A stretch of DNA of 64,000 nucleotides from Balneola sp. Its GTDB lineage: Bacteria > Bacteroidota > Rhodothermia > Balneolales > Balneolaceae. The DNA lies in contig OZ245946.1 of the NCBI GenBank assembly GCA_965230095.1, forward strand, positions 517,210 through 581,209, in the 5' to 3' direction. A program made the position numbers and the translations under genes. Under the pieces are notes generated by a model, which did no database searches, was not told where the DNA came from, and was given only the letters and a program-made list of their open reading frames with translations. Each line of letters starts with the position of its first letter. The stretch's first letter is position 1. This document shows positions 1 to 10,414 of this stretch, piece after piece.

Positions 1-240
1 GATGAGTTTAGAATAAGAGATTCCGTTTAGTCTTGCAGCAGCATTGATTCGAACGATCCATAATCTACGGAATGTACGCTTACGGTTTTTGCGATCACGG
101 TATTGGTACTGAAGACCTTTTTCAACCGCATTTTTCGCAATCGTATATACATTCTTTCGTTTGCCCCAGTAACCTTTCGCTTGAGAAATAATCTTTCTGC
201 GACGGCGACGGGAAGCCACTAAGTTTGATGAACGTGGCAT
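1..240 (-). CDS. rplT: 50S ribosomal protein L20 (runs off the window edge)
   Basis: Manual translation from ATG at 240: [70 protein letters not shown]; follows rpmI. Confidence 0.97.
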   Translation of the reverse strand, partial: MPRSSNLVASRRRRRKIISQAKGYWGKRKNVYTIAKNAVEKGLQYQYRDRKNRKRTFRRLWIVRINAAARLNGISYSKLI

Positions 241-258
241 TTTGTCTAGATTTTAGGA

Positions 259-459
259 TTAAAATTTATAAGGGATAAGCTCTTTTACTTTTGGAGCATC
301 TGCATCTGTAACGATAGCGGATTCGCCGAGCTGTCTCTTAGTTTTACTGCTTTTCTTAGTAAGAATGTGACGCTTGAAAGCTTTTTTGCGTTTAATTCTA
401 CCGGAACCGGTAACTTTAAAGCGCTTTTTAGCCCCACTGTTACTTTTCATTTTTGGCAT
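259..459 (-). CDS. rpmI: 50S ribosomal protein L35
   Basis: [36 protein letters not shown]; position between infC and rplT. Confidence 0.98.
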   Translation of the reverse strand: MPKMKSNSGAKKRFKVTGSGRIKRKKAFKRHILTKKSSKTKRQLGESAIVTDADAPKVKELIPYKF

Positions 460-496
460 TGTGTGTATACCTGCTTTGTGAAAATTATAAAGACTT

Positions 497-504
497 CAAA
501 GATA
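497..504 (-). promoter_or_regulatory. Bacteroidetes-type -7 promoter element (TATCTTTG) upstream of rpmI
   Basis: Minus strand reads TATCTTTG (TAnnTTTG consensus) about 38 nt before the rpmI ATG. Confidence 0.6.
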
Positions 505-541
505 GGTAGAAATAGCGGTCTTATCAACGTGTTTGAAAGCT

Positions 542-1075
542 TTATTTTGGAGCGATCATCATGATCATTCTGCGACCTTCCATATTAGGTTTAGTCTCTA
601 CTTTTGATACATCTTCCAGGCTTTTTGCAAGTTGAAGAAGAAGTAATTCTCCTTTTTCAGTATAAAGCATATCTCGGCCACGAAACTGAACGGTAGCTTT
701 TACTTTATCGCCGCCTTCTAAAAATTCCCGGGCATGTCGGGTTTTAAATTCAAGATCGTGATCGTCAGTATTAGGTCTGAAACGAAGCTCTTTTACATTT
801 ACCGTATGTTGCTTTTTCTTAGCTTCTTTTTCTTTTTTCTTTTTTTCATACATGTACTTGCCGTAATCAATAATCTTACAAACCGGAGGGTTTGCATCAG
901 GGGCAATCTCAACCAAGTCAAGGTTAAATTGTTCGGCAATCTGTAGTGCTCTATCAGATGTAGTGATTTCGTGTCCGCCATCAGGTTTAATTACCCGTAC
1001 TTGAGCGGCTCGTATATCTTCATTAATTCTTGTTTTGTCAGCAGGTTCTGGTCTGCCAAATGATCTTCTTGCGAT
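542..1075 (-). CDS. infC: Translation initiation factor IF-3, non-canonical ATC start
   Basis: Track ORF 542..916 extends in frame to ATC at 1075 (IARRSFGRPEPADKTRINEDIRAAQVRVI...), preceded by AGAGGA plus a 5-nt spacer; no in-frame ATG; C-terminal KELRFRPNTDDHD motif. Confidence 0.93.
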   Translation of the reverse strand: MARRSFGRPEPADKTRINEDIRAAQVRVIKPDGGHEITTSDRALQIAEQFNLDLVEIAPDANPPVCKIIDYGKYMYEKKKKEKEAKKKQHTVNVKELRFRPNTDDHDLEFKTRHAREFLEGGDKVKATVQFRGRDMLYTEKGELLLLQLAKSLEDVSKVETKPNMEGRRMIMMIAPK

Positions 1076-1095
1076 ATTTATCCTCTTATGTTTTG

Positions 1096-3039
1096 TTAAT
1101 CTTCAGGTAGTAATTTCTTTTCAATCTCGTTTTCAACAGTTGAAAGAAAATCAGAAAAATTGAAAGTTCCAATATCTCCTTTACGATGTCTACGAACAGA
1201 AACCGTGCCAGCTTCCTGTTCTTTGGCGCCAACAATCAACATATACGGCACTTTGTCAGTTTCTGCGTCTCTGATCTTTCCGCCAATTTGTTCACTTCTG
1301 TCATCAAGAGTTACCCGAACTCCGATCTTCTTAAAAGCTTTAACGCATTTTTCCGCATAATCATTCTGATCATCTGATATCGGAAGTACGCGAACTTGTT
1401 CCGGAGAAAGCCAGAGCGGGAAGTTTCCTGCAAAATGCTCTATCAAAATACTGGTGAACCTTTCCATGGAGCCAAAAGGAGCTCTGTGAATAATCACAGG
1501 TCGGTGCTTTTCGTTATCTGATCCTATATAAGTAAGATCAAATCGTTCCGGCATCACATAATCCACCTGTACGGTTCCCAATTGCCACTTTCTGCCAATT
1601 GCATCTCGTATTATGAAGTCTATCTTAGGGCCATAAAAACTAGCTTCTCCGGGAGCAATGGTGTAATCGAGATCCATTTCGTCAGCTACTTCTTTGATCT
1701 CTTTTTGTGCACGTTCCCAAAGTTCAATATCACCACCGTATTTTTCCTCATTATCATCACGATAGGAGAGGCGGATGTCTACCGGCATTCCGAAGGTATC
1801 AAATACAAAATTTGTAAGATCTATGGTGTGTTTTATTTCCTGTTTCAATTGCTCCTGCATACAATAAATATGAGCATCATCCTGAGTAAAACCACGAACT
1901 CTTGAAAGTCCGCTTAATTCACCGGATTGTTCGTAGCGATAAACAGTTCCGAATTCTGCCAATCGCAAAGGGAGATCACGATAACTTCTCATCTCATTTG
2001 AATAGATTCTGTGATGATGAGGACAGTTCATAGGTTTCAGCATGTATTCTTCATCATCAACCTGAATAGGATCGTACTGTGAGTCGGAATAGTAGGGGTA
2101 GTGTCCTGAAGTTTTATACAACTCAATATTTCCGATATGAGGAGTGATTACTTCTTTATATCCCCGCTCAAATTGTTCATCTCTTAAAAAAGATTCCAGT
2201 GTTCTTCTGAGGCGTGCACCTTTAGGTAACCAGATCGGAAGTCCGCTTCCCACCATTTTATCGATCATATAAATACCAAGTTCTTTACCCAGCTTTCTGT
2301 GATCTCTTTTTTTGGCTTCTTCCACCATCTCAAGATGCTCTGTCAGCATTTTCTGCTTAGGGAAAGAAATACCATAGATACGTGTTAGTTGCTTACTGTT
2401 ATTATCGCCACGCCAGTATGCGCCTGCTAAACTTGTAAGCTTGATTGCTTTTACAACTCCTGTGTTTGGAACATGAGGCCCCCGGCAAAGATCGGTAAAA
2501 TTACCCTGAGTATAGAAAGTGATAGACCCGTCTTCTAATCCTTCGATCAGATCTACCTTATACTCATTTCCGTTTTCTTTATAAAAAGTAAGAGCGTCTG
2601 CTTTTGAAATATCTTTACGTTCAAAGCTGTTTTTATTTCTGGCAACTTCAAGAAACTTCTGTTCAATTTTACCGAGATCGTCCTGAGAAATATTTTTTTC
2701 TCCAAAATCTATGTCGTAATAAAATCCGTTTTCTATAGGAGGGCCGATTCCGAACTTTGCTTCCGGATATAGTTCCTGAACTGCTTCTGCAAGAATATGA
2801 GCAGATGAATGCCAGAAAGTATATTTACCGTCCTCACTATCCCATGTGTTTATCGCAATGGCCGCATCTTTATATATTGGTCGATCAAGGTCAGTGATGT
2901 CCCCATCAACTGTAATACTTAGTGCAACTCTGGCTAATCCTGATGAAATTGATTCCGCAACCTCACGCCCTGTTGTTCCCTTTATATATTCTCGTTTGGA
3001 ACCGTCGGGCAAGGTGATAGTAATTTTTTGTTCTGACAT
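1096..3039 (-). CDS. thrS: Threonine--tRNA ligase
   Basis: TGS N-terminus, HSSAH, DLCRGPH, KPMNCP, YRYEQSG, RVRGFTQDDAH, FYGPKID motifs. Confidence 0.99.
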   Translation of the reverse strand: MSEQKITITLPDGSKREYIKGTTGREVAESISSGLARVALSITVDGDITDLDRPIYKDAAIAINTWDSEDGKYTFWHSSAHILAEAVQELYPEAKFGIGPPIENGFYYDIDFGEKNISQDDLGKIEQKFLEVARNKNSFERKDISKADALTFYKENGNEYKVDLIEGLEDGSITFYTQGNFTDLCRGPHVPNTGVVKAIKLTSLAGAYWRGDNNSKQLTRIYGISFPKQKMLTEHLEMVEEAKKRDHRKLGKELGIYMIDKMVGSGLPIWLPKGARLRRTLESFLRDEQFERGYKEVITPHIGNIELYKTSGHYPYYSDSQYDPIQVDDEEYMLKPMNCPHHHRIYSNEMRSYRDLPLRLAEFGTVYRYEQSGELSGLSRVRGFTQDDAHIYCMQEQLKQEIKHTIDLTNFVFDTFGMPVDIRLSYRDDNEEKYGGDIELWERAQKEIKEVADEMDLDYTIAPGEASFYGPKIDFIIRDAIGRKWQLGTVQVDYVMPERFDLTYIGSDNEKHRPVIIHRAPFGSMERFTSILIEHFAGNFPLWLSPEQVRVLPISDDQNDYAEKCVKAFKKIGVRVTLDDRSEQIGGKIRDAETDKVPYMLIVGAKEQEAGTVSVRRHRKGDIGTFNFSDFLSTVENEIEKKLLPED

Positions 3040-3075
3040 TAATTAGTTAATTGAAAAAATGCTTTTATGATGCCC

Positions 3076-3083
3076 CAAAGATA
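3076..3083 (-). promoter_or_regulatory. Bacteroidetes-type -7 promoter element upstream of thrS
   Basis: Minus strand TATCTTTG about 37 nt before the thrS ATG. Confidence 0.6.
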
Positions 3084-3196
3084 GGAATAATAATTTTTGG
3101 TACACACTTAATTTAAGGTTAAAAAAGTTTTGTTGGATAAAGTAAACTATAAGATGCATATTCTCGCTGCAAAATAGAAGGACATCTGAGACAAAT

Positions 3197-5269
3197 ATGA
3201 CATTTTTCGATTCGCAACTAATGTTTGTGTGCGATCAACTTAATTTGAAGATATTGGATGCTAATGAGGCAGTAATATCCAAACTTCAATATTCTAAGAA
3301 AGAACTGATAGGTAGATCATTAGCTACTTTAGGAAAAAATATTGATCTCAGCAGGGAAGAATTTTTAAAACTTGGATTGCCATTTATAGAAACCTGGAAA
3401 ATTTTTTCTAAAACAAAAGAAGAGTTTTTCGTTCAGTTTTCTTCTCATCTGATTAACTATAAAGGTACTCCATCTAAAATCGTAGTTGCCCACGATGTAA
3501 CGGAGATCTTTCAAAAGAAGAGTTCTTCAAGAAATGCTCTTTCGTTACCTATAGGATTTCAGGATTTTCCGCTTGCAGAGATTGAATGGGACCTGAGTCA
3601 TAAAATTTTGAGATGGTCAAAAAGAGCAGAATTATTATTTGGTTATTCACATTCTGATGTTAACAAAAACCCCTTTTTACTTGAAGATCTGATTGAAGAT
3701 TCAGATTTGGTTAAAGTAAAAGAAGCAAATAAAAATGCATTAGAGGATCGTAGCCCTACAAAAATAATCAGTGTTAGATCGGAAACAAAGGCAGGAGAAT
3801 TTATAGAGTGTGAATGGTATAATTCATATTTATTCGATAGCAATGGAAATATTACTTCCATCTATTCTGTAATTAAAGATGTTACAGAAGAAAAACATGC
3901 CCGTAAAAAATCAAAGCAATTAATGACCAGTTTTATGGATCTCTATAATTCCATAACAGATGCAATTTATTTGCTCAATCCTCTTGGGATTATAATAGAT
4001 GTCAATGATGGATTAAGCAGAACCTTTGGTTACAAAAAGGAAGAAGTTATAGGTCAGCAAATTAAATTTCTGTCAGCTTCAGGAAAATACTCTGAAGATA
4101 GGATAAACAGCTATTTAAAAAGAGCCAGTGAGGGAGAGTCTATTAGTTATGAAGGGTGGGGAGAAAAAAAGAATGGTGAAGTCTTTCCTACAGAAGTATT
4201 GATGAATTCGGGATCTTATTTAGATGAGGATGTGATTATTGTTGTTGAGAGGGATGTGTCAGAAAGATTGCTTTCTCATCAGGAATTGAAGCACCGGGAA
4301 AGTATGTTCAGTAATTTGTTTCATTCAAGTCCGATTGGTATTGCGCAACTTGATCATCACAGAGAAATTGTGAATGTAAATCAGAGTTTTGAAGAAATAT
4401 TCGGTTATTCTGAGAAAGAAGTAAGAGGACTGGAGCTGGATAAATTAATTGTACCTGATGAAGAATACACTGATGCACTTGAACTCTCAAACAGTGAAAT
4501 TGCTAAGGTATATAGTGGAAAAAGAAGAACAAAATCAGGTGATAATATAGACGTAATAGTTTGTGCGGTTCCCGTAATTGTGGATAAGCGCCTTATTTCT
4601 ACATACGGTATTTATGTAGATATCACAGAGCGTAAAAGAGCTGAAGAAAAGCTGAAATCGAATTTAAGAGAAAAAGAAGTACTACTTGCGGAGATCCATC
4701 ACAGAGTAAAAAATAATCTGGCTGTAATTACAGGATTGCTGGAGCTTCAGGCTTTGAACTCAGAAAATGAAGACGCTCATAAAGTGCTCAAAGACAGTCA
4801 AATGAGAGTTAATTCAATTGCATTAGTGCATGAACTATTATATCAAAGTGATGACTTTTCTCAGGTGGATATCCCCAATTATCTGAAAGATCTTACTCGA
4901 ATAATTTCAAATTCATTGGAAAGAAGGGCAATTCCTGTTCAGATTGAATTTGACCTGGATCAGATTGAATTAGAAATTACACAGGCTATTCCATGCGGAT
5001 TAATTTTAAATGAAGCACTCACAAATAGCTATAAACACGCATTTAAAGAACAAAAAGAGGGAAAAATTTATATTTCTTTTAAGAATTCTGAAAGTGACAT
5101 TGTATACAGAATTAGTGATGACGGGGTTGGTTTGCCTGAAAACAATGAAGAAGATGAACAATCGCTTGGAATGACCTTAGTAAAAACTTTGGGAAAACAA
5201 TTGAATGCGGAAACGAATATTTACTCTGATAACGGTGCTAATTTCGAATTCAGATTCAGAAAAAAATAA
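3197..5269 (+). CDS. Cytoplasmic multi-PAS sensor histidine kinase (HisKA_2/HWE-like)
   Basis: Several PAS/PAC repeats; H-box EIHHRVKNNL; LILNEALTNSYKHAF, DDGVG and LGMTLV ATPase boxes; no adjacent response regulator. Confidence 0.9.
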   Translation: MTFFDSQLMFVCDQLNLKILDANEAVISKLQYSKKELIGRSLATLGKNIDLSREEFLKLGLPFIETWKIFSKTKEEFFVQFSSHLINYKGTPSKIVVAHDVTEIFQKKSSSRNALSLPIGFQDFPLAEIEWDLSHKILRWSKRAELLFGYSHSDVNKNPFLLEDLIEDSDLVKVKEANKNALEDRSPTKIISVRSETKAGEFIECEWYNSYLFDSNGNITSIYSVIKDVTEEKHARKKSKQLMTSFMDLYNSITDAIYLLNPLGIIIDVNDGLSRTFGYKKEEVIGQQIKFLSASGKYSEDRINSYLKRASEGESISYEGWGEKKNGEVFPTEVLMNSGSYLDEDVIIVVERDVSERLLSHQELKHRESMFSNLFHSSPIGIAQLDHHREIVNVNQSFEEIFGYSEKEVRGLELDKLIVPDEEYTDALELSNSEIAKVYSGKRRTKSGDNIDVIVCAVPVIVDKRLISTYGIYVDITERKRAEEKLKSNLREKEVLLAEIHHRVKNNLAVITGLLELQALNSENEDAHKVLKDSQMRVNSIALVHELLYQSDDFSQVDIPNYLKDLTRIISNSLERRAIPVQIEFDLDQIELEITQAIPCGLILNEALTNSYKHAFKEQKEGKIYISFKNSESDIVYRISDDGVGLPENNEEDEQSLGMTLVKTLGKQLNAETNIYSDNGANFEFRFRKK

Positions 5270-5343
5270 GTGTAACAAAACAGTTTTACTTTAATTCAGT
5301 TTTAGTTTTCTTTCGATGTCAATTTTAATCCAAAGATTACAAA

Positions 5344-6897
5344 GTGAATACAGAGGCTGCTAAACAAAAAAAATCCTTTTTTAATCGTTTTTTAGATGGT
5401 ATTGAATATGCAGGTAATAAACTTCCTGATCCTGCTATTTTATTTCTTGTACTAATGCTTTTTGTGTGGGTGCTATCACTCATTCTTTCTCCTTTTGATT
5501 TTGCAGAAATTGACCCCAGAACCGGAGAGAGTCTGGAAGTAATAAATTTATTAACAGGTTCACAGCTCGCCGCTTTTCTGGCAAGTATGGTTAATACGTT
5601 TGTAACTTTTGCTCCTCTGGGCATAGTATTGGTTGCGATGCTTGGTGTAGGAGTGGCTGAACATTCAGGGTATATAAATACCGCTATTAAATATGTTCTG
5701 AGTTTTACTCCAAAAATGATGTTAACCCCGGTTTTAATCTTAGTTGCTATAGTAAGTCATACGGCTACAGATGCAGGTTATGTGCTGGTAATTCCACTCG
5801 GTGGTGTTATTTTTTATGCCGCAGGCAGGCATCCTGTAGCAGGTATTGCAGCCGCTTTTGCCGGTGTTTCCGGTGGATTCAGTGCCAATTTTATTCCATC
5901 CGGTATAGACCCTCTACTACAAAGTTTTACGCAATCATCAGCTCAAATCATTAACCCTGAAATACTTATCAATCCATTAAACAATTGGTTTTTTACAAGT
6001 GCATCCAGTGTCTTAATTGTTCTGATCGGATGGTATATCACAGATAAGATTGTAGAACCACGCCTTCAAAAAGTAGAACTTGATGATGATATAGATCTGG
6101 AAGGAGCTGATGAATTGGGAAATATTTCTGATAACGAAAAAAAATCTTTTTGGGTTGCCACAAGTGTAATGGTAATCGGTCTGATTGGTTTATTCCTGTG
6201 GGTTTATCCGGAAAGCTCCTCTATGAGAGCTCCTGATGGAGAAATTACTGATTTTAAAGCCCCACTTATGCAATCAATTGTTCCGCTGATCTTTCTTTTG
6301 TTCTGGGTTCCCGGAATTGTGTATGGGTATCTGTCAGGAGGTTACTCTAAAACGAAAGATATCATTGACGGGATGAGTAAGTCGATGGGAGACATGGCTT
6401 ATTATGTTGTAATGGCCTTTTTCTGTGCTCTGTTTATTGACGCTTTCGCTAAGTCAAATATAGGTGTTCTAATAGCATTAAAAGGTGCCGGTTATCTTCA
6501 GGCGCTTGACTTACCGGGTCAGGTAACCATTGTTGGAATCATTTTTCTTACTGCTTTTGTGAATCTTATGGTTGGTTCTGCTTCTGCTAAGTGGGCACTC
6601 ATTAGCCCGATATTTGTTCCAATGTTAATGGGACTTGGAATCTCACCTGATCTGACCCAAGCAGCGTACAGAGTAGGTGATTCTGTTTCTAATATCATTA
6701 CACCATTGATGCCCTATTTCCCACTGGTAGTGGTTTTTTGCCAGCGTTATGTTAAGAAAACCGGAATAGGTACATTAGTATCTGTAATGCTTCCATATTC
6801 CATCGTATTCCTGATTTCCTGGACTATCTTCTTACTGATCTACTGGTACTTAGGGATTCCGTTAGGCCTTCAGGCTTCTTATGAGTATGTGATGTAG
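5344..6897 (+). CDS. AbgT family transporter
   Basis: GNKLPDPAILF, GVSGGFSAN, YRVGDSVSNIITPLMPYF motifs; polytopic membrane protein; GTG start. Confidence 0.92.
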   Translation: MNTEAAKQKKSFFNRFLDGIEYAGNKLPDPAILFLVLMLFVWVLSLILSPFDFAEIDPRTGESLEVINLLTGSQLAAFLASMVNTFVTFAPLGIVLVAMLGVGVAEHSGYINTAIKYVLSFTPKMMLTPVLILVAIVSHTATDAGYVLVIPLGGVIFYAAGRHPVAGIAAAFAGVSGGFSANFIPSGIDPLLQSFTQSSAQIINPEILINPLNNWFFTSASSVLIVLIGWYITDKIVEPRLQKVELDDDIDLEGADELGNISDNEKKSFWVATSVMVIGLIGLFLWVYPESSSMRAPDGEITDFKAPLMQSIVPLIFLLFWVPGIVYGYLSGGYSKTKDIIDGMSKSMGDMAYYVVMAFFCALFIDAFAKSNIGVLIALKGAGYLQALDLPGQVTIVGIIFLTAFVNLMVGSASAKWALISPIFVPMLMGLGISPDLTQAAYRVGDSVSNIITPLMPYFPLVVVFCQRYVKKTGIGTLVSVMLPYSIVFLISWTIFLLIYWYLGIPLGLQASYEYVM

Positions 6898-7136
6898 GTT
6901 TATAGAATAAAGGATACTTTGAGAGGAGGTTCTGATTAAATGATTACTTCTGAATGAGACTGTGTTTTATTGAAGAAAGAAGTGTTTATTTGTTACAACT
7001 CCATTAATCGTAATTAACAGTTCTTTATTCCTACTCTGTTTTTAAAAAATGGGGTGGAGACTATTTCCAAAGTCAGCCCGAAAGATGGTAAACTAAAAAT
7101 CAAACGTTTTACCTTTATTTAAGGCGTTTTTTAGTT

Positions 7137-8522
7137 TCAATCTTTCTTCCACGGTCCGGTTATAGCAAGGGTTAATCCATCGTGCTGAATGTTCATAAAT
7201 AAAGTGCTTCCATCAGGACTAAAAGTTGCGCCTGCCAATTCAGACTTACTTACTGCATTTCTTCCAATTTTATAAACTTCACCATCGGGTTTTATACCAA
7301 GTAAAAAATTGTCACCCGCACCGTCCTCACAAACTATTAAATCACCCCATGGTGCTACGGTTAAATTATCTGCGTGTTCTATGATATTTCCATCATTAGG
7401 TTCAACAAAAAGTTCAAGCGTTCCGGGATTGGCTTTTTCTTTTTCATTGGCTTCAAATTTACTGGGTTTATATTTCCAAACCTGACCTTTCTTAGTTCGC
7501 CCGCCATTTGTACAAGCAAAATAAACGGCATTATTCCCATACCACATGCCTTCCCCACGAGCGAAACGCGTGGCACCTGCTTCAAATCCTCTGAACCTTA
7601 GATCATCTTCATCTATATTTTCAAGATTAATCCATTCAACATCTAACAATTTATTGGGTTTAACGGTTTGTTCTTCCCAATTTCTTGAGTCTAAGCTTGG
7701 CTGTCCTAAGACCATCAAAGCTTGAAGAATCCCTCCGGAATGTAAGTTAGTATGTTCATTCGGTATAAATCTATACAACAATCCCTCAGAATCATCTTCT
7801 GTCAGATATATCACGTTACTATTCGGATCTACCGCAACTGCTTCATGGTTAAATCTTCCCATAGCTTTTATTGGTTTAGCCTCAAAAAGCTTTGTCTCAA
7901 CGGATGCGGGAACTTCAAAAACATATCCATGATCTTTTTGATACCTGAGATCATCGGCTCTGGTTACAATCTCTTCGCATGTAAGCCATGAGTTCCAAGG
8001 AGTTGGTCCACCCGCACAATTTCTCAAAGTTCCGGCTAAACTTAAATACTCATTTTCTACTTTTTTAGTTTTTGTATTATAAACTATTGTAGTGGTACCA
8101 CCTTGAGCCGGATTGTTATCACGACCAGTATCATATACTTTTTGTAGTTCTATTTTCTTAGTTAGTTCATAATCTTTTCCGAAAGCGCTACCTAAACCAT
8201 CGGCTGCAGGATTCATTTCATGATTCCGGATAAGAATCGTTAAATCATTATCGCCTTTAAATGTAGCCATTCCGTCAGGAGCTCCGGGAACATAAAATCC
8301 ATCATTCATTTTGTTGCCAACTCTGGAAATAATTTTGTAAGAAAAATCTTTTGGCAGATCAAAAATTCCGTTTTTATCAGGAATAAGTGGCCCGAAATGT
8401 TCAGAAGCTTGGGAAATTTTAATTTGACCACCTTCAAGTGCATTAGTGAGAATTTGAAAACCTGAAAACCCTAAACTAAATGCTCCGGCAAACTTGATGA
8501 ATTCTTTTCTGGAAATAGACAT
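7137..8522 (-). CDS. phoX: PhoX-family (DUF839) alkaline phosphatase with Tat-like signal
   Basis: SRKEFI signal; PDGM, NHE, NCAGGPTPWNSWLTCEE, MGRFNHEAVA, RGEG, DNLT, CEDG, ELAG motifs. Confidence 0.88.
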   Translation of the reverse strand: MSISRKEFIKFAGAFSLGFSGFQILTNALEGGQIKISQASEHFGPLIPDKNGIFDLPKDFSYKIISRVGNKMNDGFYVPGAPDGMATFKGDNDLTILIRNHEMNPAADGLGSAFGKDYELTKKIELQKVYDTGRDNNPAQGGTTTIVYNTKTKKVENEYLSLAGTLRNCAGGPTPWNSWLTCEEIVTRADDLRYQKDHGYVFEVPASVETKLFEAKPIKAMGRFNHEAVAVDPNSNVIYLTEDDSEGLLYRFIPNEHTNLHSGGILQALMVLGQPSLDSRNWEEQTVKPNKLLDVEWINLENIDEDDLRFRGFEAGATRFARGEGMWYGNNAVYFACTNGGRTKKGQVWKYKPSKFEANEKEKANPGTLELFVEPNDGNIIEHADNLTVAPWGDLIVCEDGAGDNFLLGIKPDGEVYKIGRNAVSKSELAGATFSPDGSTLFMNIQHDGLTLAITGPWKKD

Positions 8523-8611
8523 ATTTTATATTGAATTAAATTTTCCTCTAAATATTGATTTTGAAGCTGAGAAAAGTTAACTGAGTATTAAAAAAAGATG
8601 AGGATAAATAG

Positions 8612-8686
8612 TGCGTCCTGACGGATTCGAACCATCGGCCCTCTGCAATGTCAATGCAACGCTCTAACCAACTGAGCTAAGGACGC
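8612..8686 (-). tRNA. tRNA-Val(GAC), CCA not encoded
   Basis: GCGTCCTTAGCTCAGTTGGTTAGAGCGTTGCATT-GAC-ATTGCAGAGGGCCGATGGTTCGAATCCGTCAGGACGCA: acceptor, D, anticodon and TTCGAAT arms all present. Confidence 0.96.
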
Positions 8687-8741
8687 TTTTTAAGTTCTCA
8701 AATATAACGAGATTTATGCTTTAGGTAAAAGTTAGTTTTCG

Positions 8742-8749
8742 TATCTTTG
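8742..8749 (+). promoter_or_regulatory. Bacteroidetes-type -7 promoter element upstream of nusB
   Basis: TATCTTTG 26 nt before the nusB ATG. Confidence 0.6.
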
Positions 8750-8774
8750 GGGCTCACAAAATTTGTTATTTGGC

Positions 8775-9236
8775 ATGATCAACCGCAGACACGTTCGGGA
8801 AACTGTACTTCAGGCACTTTACGCACTCAAACAGAGTGGCGATACTGTTCAATATATATCCGATTCTGTTATTAAAGACGCACTTGGAACTGAAAAGGAA
8901 GCAAGACGTTTTGCAGAAAAGTTATTTTTCAGAACTCTGGAAAATGAATCTGAATTGGATGAAGTGATCATCAAGCATATCAAAAACTGGGAAATTCAAA
9001 GATTGGCATTAATCGATCGGCTGATCTTAAAAATGGCTTTATGTGAATTTCTCTATTTCGAAGAAATCCCTACCAAGGTAACTATTAACGAAGCTATTGA
9101 AATTGCTAAGAAATTCTCTACTGGAAAATCGGGACGATTTGTAAATGGGATATTAGATGCATCATTAGAAGATCTGTCTGAATTGGGTAGAATAAATAAA
9201 AAGGGCAGAGGTCTAATCGATCATACTGTCAAATAA
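8775..9236 (+). CDS. nusB: Transcription antitermination factor NusB
   Basis: MINRRHVRETVLQALY, IDRLILKMA, KVTINEAIEIAKKF, FVNGILD; ATG at 8775 preferred over TTG at 8763. Confidence 0.96.
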   Translation: MINRRHVRETVLQALYALKQSGDTVQYISDSVIKDALGTEKEARRFAEKLFFRTLENESELDEVIIKHIKNWEIQRLALIDRLILKMALCEFLYFEEIPTKVTINEAIEIAKKFSTGKSGRFVNGILDASLEDLSELGRINKKGRGLIDHTVK

Positions 9237-9273
9237 CTTTTTGATCAAGATCTAACTTACACTAATTAATAAT

Positions 9274-10368
9274 ATGAGTTTAAAATGTGGTATAGTTGGT
9301 TTACCAAATGTTGGAAAATCGACGCTTTTCAATGCACTAAGTAATGCAGGAGCAGAATCAGCTAACTTTCCTTTTTGTACAATTGATCCAAATGTGGGGT
9401 TGGTACCTGTACCGGATGACAGATTAACTAAATTGGCTAATCTTGCCAGTTCTGCAAATGTGATTCCTACCACTATCGAGTTTGTTGATATTGCCGGTTT
9501 AGTAAAAGGAGCTTCTGAAGGAAAAGGAAAAGGGAACGCATTTTTATCTCATATCAGAGAAGTAGATCTTATTATTCATGTTGTGAGATGTTTTGATGAT
9601 GATGATATTATTCATGTTGAAGGGGGGATTGACCCGGAAAGAGACATCACTATTATTGAAGATGAACTTATTCTCAAAGATCTTGAAAGCATTGAGAAAA
9701 GAGTAGAGAATCTTAAGAAGCAATCCAAAAGTGGCGACAAAGCCATGAAAGCCCAGCTTGAAGTGGCTGAACGACTTCGCGAACATTTGGAAAATGGCAG
9801 TTCGGCTCGTTTATTTGAAGTAACTCCTGAAGAAAAGGCGGCATATAATGATCTTATGCTACTATCCGGTAAACAGGTGTTATACGCATGCAATGTATCA
9901 GAAACAGACCTTGATGCCGGCAATGAGCATGTAGAGACAGTAAAGTCAGTTGCTGCTAAACATGATGATGAAATAGTGATGTTCTGTGCTAAAATTGAAG
10001 CTGAAATCGCAGAATTAGATCCTGAGGAAAAAGAACTGTTCCTCGAAGAACTCGGATTACAAAGCGCAGGATTAGATCGTTTAATAAACTCAGCTTATAA
10101 AGAGCTTGGATTAATTACTTATTTTACTGTAGGACCAAAAGAAGCTCGTGCATGGACTATCAAAAAAGGGACAAAAGCTCCACAGGCTGCCGGAGTTATT
10201 CATACAGATTTTGAACGCGGTTTTATCAGGGCTGAAACAATTTCATATGCTGATTACGAAAAATATGAAACGGAGAAAGCAGCAAAAGAAGCAGGCCGGA
10301 TGAGGCAGGAAGGAAAAGAATATGTAGTAGATGATGGAGATGTAATGTTATTTAGATTTAATGTTTAA
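9274..10368 (+). CDS. ychF: Redox-regulated ATPase YchF
   Basis: GIVGLPNVGKST, NFPFCTIDPN, DIAGLVKGAS, GVIHTDFERGFIRAE. Confidence 0.98.
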   Translation: MSLKCGIVGLPNVGKSTLFNALSNAGAESANFPFCTIDPNVGLVPVPDDRLTKLANLASSANVIPTTIEFVDIAGLVKGASEGKGKGNAFLSHIREVDLIIHVVRCFDDDDIIHVEGGIDPERDITIIEDELILKDLESIEKRVENLKKQSKSGDKAMKAQLEVAERLREHLENGSSARLFEVTPEEKAAYNDLMLLSGKQVLYACNVSETDLDAGNEHVETVKSVAAKHDDEIVMFCAKIEAEIAELDPEEKELFLEELGLQSAGLDRLINSAYKELGLITYFTVGPKEARAWTIKKGTKAPQAAGVIHTDFERGFIRAETISYADYEKYETEKAAKEAGRMRQEGKEYVVDDGDVMLFRFNV

Positions 10369-10414
10369 ATACAGGAATAAGCTTTATTTTTATTTCTAAA
10401 CATATGGTCATTTA

